From NCBI GenBank assembly GCA_964553165.1, contig CAZKJY010000001.1:1-29188 (forward strand): 29,188 nucleotides of DNA, written 5' to 3'. Source of the DNA: an uncultured Enterobacteriaceae bacterium. Lineage in GTDB: Bacteria; Pseudomonadota; Gammaproteobacteria; Pseudomonadales; Pseudohongiellaceae. Positions 19,743 to 26,789 of this stretch are shown here, in pieces. Both the position numbers and the translations under genes were made by a program. A model generated the notes under the pieces. It was not told the origin of the DNA, did not search any database, and worked only from the letters and a program-made list of their open reading frames with translations. Position 1 is the stretch's first letter; each line of letters starts with the position of its first letter.

Positions 19743-20135
19743 TTATTCATCAGCTGGGTTAATGGCAAAACCATTGAGTGGGTTCAGCGTTTGCCCATTA
19801 ACAACAGCATCAAGCCATGCGGCCGCCGGGCGACCATCTTTCATCGGGTTACCGCGGATGGTTATAGCGGTTCCGGGGGGCAGATCACTGCGTCGAATGC
19901 CGGCACGCATCAGGGAACTTGGCCCTTCCGCCTCAAAGCCCCAGGTGGTGACAGAACCGTCATCATTGGTGACATCAATGATCAGCCAGGAATGTGGATT
20001 GGTGTACTGAAATTCTTTAACGACACCGGACACTTCCACCACACGGGTATCATCAAACATGGCCGCGGAATGATGTGCCGCAACCGGTAAACTGAACAGC
20101 GCCAGAATGAATGCGCTTAGGGTTAATTTTTTCAT
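19743..20135 (-). CDS. DUF6152-family-like small secreted protein
   Basis: Signal peptide (PVAA|HHS), then HHSAAMFD, VSGVVKEFQYTNPHSWL and WGFEAEGP. Strong SD GAGGAGG precedes the start. Family name recalled from this motif pattern, not searched. Confidence 0.8.
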   Translation of the reverse strand: MKKLTLSAFILALFSLPVAAHHSAAMFDDTRVVEVSGVVKEFQYTNPHSWLIIDVTNDDGSVTTWGFEAEGPSSLMRAGIRRSDLPPGTAITIRGNPMKDGRPAAAWLDAVVNGQTLNPLNGFAINPADE

Positions 20136-20161
20136 GGGATATACCTCCTCTACCTGAATGA

Positions 20162-21142
20162 TTATTCGCGACCGAACTGCTGCACGGACGCATCTGAGCT
20201 GACTTCAGCATCATTGTCCAGAAAGTCGAAATCCGGAAACTGACTGTTGCCATCTTCAGTAATGATGATGTCGTTGTTCTGGTTCTCACCACACCACCAG
20301 TAGCGAATGCGCAGCAGGTGGTCATCGTTTTCCAGCTCTATCCAGGCCTGGCGGGTATACCAGGGCTCTGCCAGATTAACCGGATCAAAGACCCAGAAAT
20401 CAGCCTCCAGATTGATGCCGTCAACTTTTCGCCAACGTTCTACCACTTCGACCTGGTCTGAATAATCGGGCTGCGTGCCGCGCTGATACTGACCAGGCAT
20501 CAGATAGGCGGTGTGCATGACCAGCACACCATCATCCCAGAAACCAATGGTATCGCCATTCCAGGTAGGATAGGCATCAGCGGGATCGGTATGCCCTCTG
20601 CCGTCCGTGTAGACTCGGCGAATATCATTGACCATTTCGTTGATCAAATAGGTCTGGTCCGGGGTAACGACAAAATCATGTAAAAAGGGTTCTGAGGCCC
20701 AGCGTGGATGACCAGGTGGACGGCAATCGGAAATCGGGTCATATTCGCCACCGATGGCCGCCATGCGATCGATTTTTTCCTGACGGGTAGCAGCTCCGGT
20801 TTCGGTAAGCTGCGCTGATAATTCATTCGGCCCGATATCCGGATCAAAGGAAAGACCACCACGGGCACGGGTAAAAACGCCTGTCCAGTCATATTCAGGA
20901 CTGGCCATGTCGGCCCAGGTCAGATCATCGCCACCACCAGCCTGCCGCTCAAGATACTGGTACATTTCCCAGGCGCTATCAAACTGTTCTCCGAATGCCT
21001 GAAGCCGCGCTTTATTTCGCAGCCACTGCTCACCGCCACCGGCATAATCAAGCCAACCCACATAATCCTGGGCAAAGGCGCTGAGAGGGATGCCAATAGA
21101 TGCTGAGATCACAGCTGTTTTAATCATTTTTGCTGCTTTCAT
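20162..21142 (-). CDS. Secreted uncharacterised protein, two-Cys family paralogue P3
   Basis: Signal peptide (AFA|QD). Motifs DWTGVF, DCRPPGHP, RRVYTDGRGH, PTWNGDTIGFWDDGVLVMHT, FDPVNLAEPW and YWWCGENQNN. Start moved to ATG 21142. Confidence 0.85.
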   Translation of the reverse strand: MKAAKMIKTAVISASIGIPLSAFAQDYVGWLDYAGGGEQWLRNKARLQAFGEQFDSAWEMYQYLERQAGGGDDLTWADMASPEYDWTGVFTRARGGLSFDPDIGPNELSAQLTETGAATRQEKIDRMAAIGGEYDPISDCRPPGHPRWASEPFLHDFVVTPDQTYLINEMVNDIRRVYTDGRGHTDPADAYPTWNGDTIGFWDDGVLVMHTAYLMPGQYQRGTQPDYSDQVEVVERWRKVDGINLEADFWVFDPVNLAEPWYTRQAWIELENDDHLLRIRYWWCGENQNNDIIITEDGNSQFPDFDFLDNDAEVSSDASVQQFGRE

Positions 21143-21221
21143 AGTTACTCCGTTGTACTGCATGTAGTGTGTCAAGATTTAAACAAAGCGAGGTTGAGTA
21201 TAAAAGCATGTCCATGAAAAC

Positions 21222-21249
21222 ACTATATTTTCTGGGTAAAACAATGCAA
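21222..21249 (-). promoter_or_regulatory. Putative sigma70 promoter for the P3-DUF6152 pair
   Basis: Minus-strand TTGCAT-N16-TATAGT in the AT-rich divergent intergenic region. Confidence 0.4.
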
Positions 21250-21393
21250 ATAGCTGGACGCTAAAAAAAAACAGGTTTATTCTTGACCGACTCGAATTAA
21301 AGTTTTATCGGGATTTTTTGTGTTTCCTGAATACGAAATCCGGGCCTGTTACAGCCCGAGAGTTTCATGAACTTTAGCGACATTAACAACATC

Positions 21394-22926
21394 ATGCACA
21401 CTCAAACCCCGCTTTTCCCGCCAGTCAGATTGCTGATTCTGGCGGGTGCTTTCACCCTTAGCGCCCAAGCCCAGGAACCGGTTGATATCACCCGCCTGGT
21501 TTTCGATGTCACTTCCGCCAGCCAGCGGATCCTGCCAGTCGGGCCTCCCCTGTCTGAGGCCGATGAAAGCAATACGGATTATCTTTCCCTCCTGGAGACC
21601 ATCAGATCCTATGAGGCAGAGGTAGACCGTATTCACCAGAGCAGCAACAACCCGTATAACTATGAGCTGCTCGAACAGTATATGAGCCTAGGGGATGCCC
21701 ATCATGAACTGGGCCGTTATGAAGAGGCGATTACCTATTATGACAATGCCCTGCAGATCATGAAGGTGCAGAACGGACTGCACAGTATTGACCAGCTGAC
21801 CATTACAGAAAAAGTTATCCAGAGCTACCTTGCCATGGGCGACCTTGAGAAAGGGACCCGCTGGCATGAATATGAACACTACCTGCACCTGCACAACTAT
21901 GAACCTGGTTCCCGGGAAATGGTGCTGGCCAGCAATGAACTGGCTGACTGGTACATCAGCACCTTCTTCATGGAAAATCTGCAAAGCCAGTATCTCAACG
22001 GCTTGAGGATGTCCGTACTCCCGGAACAGGAACGCATCGCTAATCCGCTGGTCGCCGAGCAGATGGCCTGGTCCAATGAATTCAACCGGATCAGCCGGGA
22101 ATCACCAACTGCCTATGTCGATCCGAACATGGAAGCGATATTCAACGGCACCATTCAGGATCTGACACCCCGTGAAGTGGAAGATGCCCGTCTCCTGCTG
22201 GTCGGCGAAATGTATGAGGATAGCCAGCAAGCCATTTATGACAGCGAGTCACCTGATATTGACTCCATTGCCCAGATAGCAAGGCGTATTGCCGGGCTCT
22301 CCTTCATCACCAAACAGGAACAGGATTACGAAAGGATTAATTACAGCTTCATTCCCAACTACAGCGACAGCCGCATCGAAGAATTCCGAAATTCCCAGCA
22401 ACGGCTTGATCACAGTTATGAGACCGGTCGTAGAGCCTTGCGCTATATCGTCAATATCATGCGTACCGTGGAGGCGCCTCCGAGAATGGTCGCTTCAGCG
22501 CTGATTGAGCTGGCAGACTGGAACCTGGCCTATGGCAAAATCCAGGCAGCCCGTGATTTCTATGAAGAAGCCTATGAAGAACTGATTTCAGCAGGTTTTA
22601 CGATGCGTCAGATTGACAGTTCCCTGAATCTGGCAGTCCCGCGTCAGATCCCCCGTTCAGCCACCCATCGCTTTACCCGCAGAAGTTCTGGTCTGCCTGT
22701 CGATGCTGAACTGGACTACCGGGGATACATTGATCTCAGCTTCGAGGTTGACTCGCTGGGTAATGCTCAGGAAGTCGTTTTCACTCGTAACGACAACCCT
22801 GAATACAGGCAATTGGAGAGGGTCATTACTGATTATCTGAAAACTGCCAAATTCAGGCCGCATTTCGATAATGGCGAACTAGTCAGTCAGGGCCGTGTGG
22901 AACTCCGCTATTACTATTCCTACTAG
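21394..22926 (+). CDS. Secreted TPR-containing protein with C-terminal TonB-C-like domain (copy 1)
   Basis: Signal peptide (AQA|QE), a TPR-like segment (SLGDAHHELGRYEEAITYYDNAL) and a C-terminal GYIDLSFEVDSLGNA...KFRPHFDNGELV...LRYYYSY. Start is ATG 21394, or possibly 21367. Confidence 0.75.
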   Translation: MHTQTPLFPPVRLLILAGAFTLSAQAQEPVDITRLVFDVTSASQRILPVGPPLSEADESNTDYLSLLETIRSYEAEVDRIHQSSNNPYNYELLEQYMSLGDAHHELGRYEEAITYYDNALQIMKVQNGLHSIDQLTITEKVIQSYLAMGDLEKGTRWHEYEHYLHLHNYEPGSREMVLASNELADWYISTFFMENLQSQYLNGLRMSVLPEQERIANPLVAEQMAWSNEFNRISRESPTAYVDPNMEAIFNGTIQDLTPREVEDARLLLVGEMYEDSQQAIYDSESPDIDSIAQIARRIAGLSFITKQEQDYERINYSFIPNYSDSRIEEFRNSQQRLDHSYETGRRALRYIVNIMRTVEAPPRMVASALIELADWNLAYGKIQAARDFYEEAYEELISAGFTMRQIDSSLNLAVPRQIPRSATHRFTRRSSGLPVDAELDYRGYIDLSFEVDSLGNAQEVVFTRNDNPEYRQLERVITDYLKTAKFRPHFDNGELVSQGRVELRYYYSY

Positions 22927-23027
22927 ATAACAGTCCACGAACAGCACTGACAGAGCGCCGCCCAGACATGCTTGCCAATAACAACGTGTTCAAATACTCA
23001 ATAATGCTCAATATTAGGAACGTGGGG

Positions 23028-24479
23028 ATGTTTAAACAGTTTAGCCTCGTATTGCTCCTGCTGACTTTGCTGCCATTCCAGGGTCTGGCACAGAATGATG
23101 ACCTTACCAACCTGTTTTTCAGCCCGGTCCCTATCGATCAGGCCAACGACTCCATTCTGGGAGGGGCCACACAGGAACAGCGCGAACGGGACCGAGAATC
23201 CGCACGGGACCTCATAGAGCGGCTAGAGTCCCGAATTGATGACATCAGTGAGCCTTTTGCCCAGGACCCTGATCAGGTGGAGCGGCTGAGCCGCTTGGGC
23301 CTTGCCTATCAGATGCTTGGTGATCATGATGCCGCACTGGCCACCTTTGCTGATGCGACCACACTGGCCGTCGAGCTCTATGGCGAAGACACCCTGGAAC
23401 AGATTCCGGCACTGGAACAGTCCATCATCAGTCATCTTGCCCGTCAGGAAATTTCAGCCATCACTGAAAAGGAAGAGTTTATCTACGAGATCAACGCCCT
23501 CAACTATGACTCTGATTCTCCAGAAATGTATACGGCAATGACCAATCTGGCAGACTGGTATACCGCTGCCTATTTTAAAATCAACTATCTTGGGGATTCC
23601 CGTCGCCAGAATATCCGCAGTTCAACCCTGCAGAGACCCGAACGGCAAGTCGGTATTTCCAACGATGGCTCAGGATCCCTGCAATCAATCGCCGATGGCA
23701 CAATTCGTGATATTTTCCGGAATGATCTGATCGATTCCCGTTTGCAGAAGCTTGATGGGCTCTACCGGGATTATCAGGAAAGCTATACCAGCAATACCAC
23801 CTTGAATACCGTGGTCGAAGTAGCTCGCCGGATTGCCCGGCTGGCCTATCATGCCGATCAGGAAATGAATTTTGAACGGGTCAGTAATACTTTTGACGCA
23901 AACTATACCGGTTCCCGCGAAGAAGCCATGCGGAATTCCGAGGCCCGGCGCGATGAAAGCTACCGTAGCGGCAAAGACGCACTGCAGTACGTTGCCAGCC
24001 TGATTGCCGATTTGGAAGGCGTCAGCTCCCAGCAGAAGAGCCTGACCATGCTGGACCTGGCGGACTGGGATCTGGCGTATGGCAGGATCGAATCGGCCCG
24101 TCAGTTTTACCGCGTGGCCTACCAGCTCCTGATTGACGATAACTTCAATATCCCCAGTATTGATGCAGCCCTGACGCCAACCATCCCGGTCATGATTCCA
24201 AGAATTGCCGCCTTCCCGGCGACCCTGCAGACATCCGGCAAGCAGGGACTACAGGGTTCCATTGAATATAAGGGTTATGTCGATGTGAGCTTTGCGGTTG
24301 ACACACTGGGAAACGCCATTGATCTTGATTTTCTTGGTGCCAGCGAGGATGCTAACAGTGGCCGCATTCAGCAAACCCTGGAAAATATGCTGAAGATGAC
24401 AAAATTCCGTCCCCTGCCAAAAGGCGGAGAGCTCATAGAACAACCTGCGATGCAGTTGCGCTACTATTACAGTTACTGA
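23028..24479 (+). CDS. Secreted TPR-containing protein with C-terminal TonB-C-like domain (copy 2)
   Basis: Signal peptide (GLA|QN), RLGLAYQMLGDHDAALATF and a C-terminal GYVDVSFAVDTLGNA...KFRPLPKGGELI...LRYYYSY. Clear paralogue of the upstream gene. Start moved to ATG 23028. Confidence 0.75.
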   Translation: MFKQFSLVLLLLTLLPFQGLAQNDDLTNLFFSPVPIDQANDSILGGATQEQRERDRESARDLIERLESRIDDISEPFAQDPDQVERLSRLGLAYQMLGDHDAALATFADATTLAVELYGEDTLEQIPALEQSIISHLARQEISAITEKEEFIYEINALNYDSDSPEMYTAMTNLADWYTAAYFKINYLGDSRRQNIRSSTLQRPERQVGISNDGSGSLQSIADGTIRDIFRNDLIDSRLQKLDGLYRDYQESYTSNTTLNTVVEVARRIARLAYHADQEMNFERVSNTFDANYTGSREEAMRNSEARRDESYRSGKDALQYVASLIADLEGVSSQQKSLTMLDLADWDLAYGRIESARQFYRVAYQLLIDDNFNIPSIDAALTPTIPVMIPRIAAFPATLQTSGKQGLQGSIEYKGYVDVSFAVDTLGNAIDLDFLGASEDANSGRIQQTLENMLKMTKFRPLPKGGELIEQPAMQLRYYYSY

Positions 24480-24498
24480 CCAACACAGAGGTTCCCCC

Positions 24499-25827
24499 AT
24501 GTCTTTCAGAAAGTTAACTATTCTGGTCTTACCTTTTTTACTGCTTGCCTGCAGCGACGATTCCACCCAGCAGGAAGCCATGCCGGCACCTTCACCAGCA
24601 CCGGCGCAGACAGATCTGACCACACAAGCCATCCCTGCACAGGGCTTTGTCATCAATAACGCCAGAATACTGGATGGCATGGGTGGCAGCATTGAAAATG
24701 GCTCCATTGTCGTTCAGGGAAACCGCATCGTCTCCGTGAATGAAGGCAACAGTTCAGTCCCGGGGGCACTGGAGATTGATGCCGAAGGCCGAACGGTCAT
24801 GCCCGGTTTCATTGATGCCCATCGTCATATCATCACCGGCGAAGACCCCGCCCAGTGGCTGGCCAATGACGCTGAAGCGGCCATGCAGGCATTTCTCGAA
24901 GCCGGTTTTACTACCCTGCTATCCGCTGGTGACCCACCCCAGCAGATTCTCGAATTGCGCAGGATGACGGCAGAAAATGAAATGGCCGGTCCACGTATTA
25001 TTGCTGCGCGTTTTACCGGTCTGGCAGCCCCCGGCGGCGGTGGCGGACCCGAAGGCGACCCGGCCCGATTTGATGTTGCCAGGCCACCCATGCGCCCAAC
25101 CGAAGCTGCCACAGCCTTACCTGAAGAGGCCGTGCGCGGACAGATACAGGCGCTTTACGACCAGGGCTTTGATGCGGCCAAAAATGTCATTATTGTCACG
25201 CCAAACGGGCCGGAAGAAGAAGCTCTGGGTATGATCGTTGAGGAAACCAACCGGCTTGGCATTCGTACCATCACCCATGCCGTCACCGTTACCGATACCC
25301 TGGCCGCCGTTCGCGCTGGCGTCGATCAACTGGTGCATACACCCCATATCGAAATGCTGACCGAAGAACAGGCGCAGTTTATCGCTGATGCGGACATTCC
25401 AATGACCTCAACCCTGGGTATTTTTGTCCCCTTCTATGATGACAATAATGAGCCCATTTTCCGCGATTATCTGCCCTTTCCCTGGGACACGATTCTCAGT
25501 GCCGGCCAGGGGCCGGTTAATGCCCGCCTGCTCTGGGAAGCCGGTGTGGTTTATGGCTTTGGGACGGATACCCGTTACGAACCCAGGCTGACCCTTAACC
25601 ATGAGCTCAAATCACTGTATCTGGTCTTCTCAGAGGAGGATATTCTCCGGATCATGGGGCAGAATGCTGCCATCAACATTGCCATGGAAGATGAACTGGG
25701 AACCCTGGAAGCCGGCAAGCTGGCTGATATCGTGCTGGTGGATGGCGACCCACGACAGGACATTTTCGATCTGTTAAACGTGGATGTGGTCATTAAAAAT
25801 GGCAACTTTTTAGTCGACAAGCGCTAA
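24499..25827 (+). CDS. Lipoprotein amidohydrolase (metal-dependent hydrolase superfamily)
   Basis: Lipobox LLAC, then MPGFIDAHRH, AAK, THA, LVH, FGTD and GTLEAGKLADIVLVDGDP. Confidence 0.9.
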   Translation: MSFRKLTILVLPFLLLACSDDSTQQEAMPAPSPAPAQTDLTTQAIPAQGFVINNARILDGMGGSIENGSIVVQGNRIVSVNEGNSSVPGALEIDAEGRTVMPGFIDAHRHIITGEDPAQWLANDAEAAMQAFLEAGFTTLLSAGDPPQQILELRRMTAENEMAGPRIIAARFTGLAAPGGGGGPEGDPARFDVARPPMRPTEAATALPEEAVRGQIQALYDQGFDAAKNVIIVTPNGPEEEALGMIVEETNRLGIRTITHAVTVTDTLAAVRAGVDQLVHTPHIEMLTEEQAQFIADADIPMTSTLGIFVPFYDDNNEPIFRDYLPFPWDTILSAGQGPVNARLLWEAGVVYGFGTDTRYEPRLTLNHELKSLYLVFSEEDILRIMGQNAAINIAMEDELGTLEAGKLADIVLVDGDPRQDIFDLLNVDVVIKNGNFLVDKR

Positions 25828-25839
25828 TCCGCCTCAATG

Positions 25840-25880
25840 AAGCCTTCCGGGCTTGGCCAAGTGCTTCCCGGAGGGCTTTT
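25840..25880 (+). terminator. Intrinsic terminator after the amidohydrolase gene
   Basis: AAGCCTTCCGGG ... CCCGGAGGGCTT is a 12-bp stem with one G-U pair, followed by TT (TTTT including the stem end). Confidence 0.7.
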
Positions 25881-25919
25881 AAGCACCCGCCATTATTCTT
25901 TTTAAGCATCTCATAACCT

Positions 25920-25948
25920 TTGCAATTCAGTGCATTAGGCTTTAGAAT
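25920..25948 (+). promoter_or_regulatory. Putative sigma70 promoter of the rpsU-yqeY-dnaG-rpoD operon
   Basis: TTGCAA-N17-TAGAAT about 48 nt upstream of rpsU. Confidence 0.65.
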
Positions 25949-25996
25949 CTGCCGCCCTGATAGAGCTGTATCGAACAATTAACGCTTGGAGCATTC

Positions 25997-26212
25997 CTGC
26001 CTGTAGTCAGATTAAAAGAAAACGAGCCTTTTGACGTCGCCCTGCGTCGTTTTAAGCGTTCCTGCGAAAAAGCCGGTATCCTGGCTGAAGTTCGTCGCCG
26101 TGAATTCTATGAAAAGCCAACCTCCGTCCGTAAGCGCAAAGCTGCAGCGGCGGTGAAGCGTCATATGAAAAAGGTTTCACGCGAGAACCGCAGAACACGA
26201 CGCTTGTACTAA
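25997..26212 (+). CDS. rpsU: 30S ribosomal protein S21
   Basis: Hand translation gives (M)[70 protein letters not shown], 71 aa. CTG start after GGAG. Not in the ORF track. Confidence 0.97.
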   Translation: MPVVRLKENEPFDVALRRFKRSCEKAGILAEVRRREFYEKPTSVRKRKAAAAVKRHMKKVSRENRRTRRLY

Positions 26213-26241
26213 TTCCCGTCACCACAAAAAATCTTGCCATC

Positions 26242-26694
26242 ATGACTGAGCAAAGCCTGAAGACCCGGATCAGCGATGCCATGAAGGATGCCATGCGCGC
26301 CAAGGATAAGTCCCGGCTCGGGACCATCCGCCTGATGATGGCCGACATGAAAAAAGTCGAAGTCGATGAGCGCATTGAGCTCGACGACGAGCGCATCATC
26401 AGCATTCTCGACAAAATGATCAAACAGCGTCGGGAGTCCATCAAGCAATTTGAGGCCGCCTCACGCCAGGAACTGGCGGACAAGGAACAGGGTGAAATTG
26501 ATGTCATTCAGGAATTCCTGCCAACTGCATTGAGTGAAGCAGAACTGATCCAGCTCATTGATAAAGCCATCGCCGAGACGGGCGCCGAATCCATGAAAGA
26601 CATGGGGGCCGTGATGGCCATTATCCGGCCTCAGGTCAGTGGTCGTGCTGACATGGGCCAGGTCAGCGCACAGGTCAAAGCCAGACTCGGCTGA
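26242..26694 (+). CDS. GatB/YqeY domain-containing protein
   Basis: LKTRISDAMKDAMRAKDK, KMIKQRRESI..F..A.RQELA.KE..E and MKDMGAVM...GRADMG. Usual position between rpsU and dnaG. Confidence 0.93.
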   Translation: MTEQSLKTRISDAMKDAMRAKDKSRLGTIRLMMADMKKVEVDERIELDDERIISILDKMIKQRRESIKQFEAASRQELADKEQGEIDVIQEFLPTALSEAELIQLIDKAIAETGAESMKDMGAVMAIIRPQVSGRADMGQVSAQVKARLG

Positions 26695-26789
26695 TTTACT
26701 TCAACACTTAACAAACCATTTACGTTATTCTGTGCTCTGACCCGCCGGGTTGCTAATGATCCGGCAATGGTATTGATGTCGTCGCATTT

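Noticed and set aside
21263-21271. A9 homopolymer in the divergent promoter region between P3 and the first TPR-TonB gene
   Set aside because: It could be a slippage site, but A-tracts are common in AT-rich promoters and it is not between recognisable -35 and -10 boxes. No evidence for phase variation.
26052-26507. Minus-strand ORFs opposite rpsU and yqeY, and 28879-29118 opposite rpoD
   Set aside because: Typical antisense artefacts. The real genes are on the plus strand and were translated by hand.
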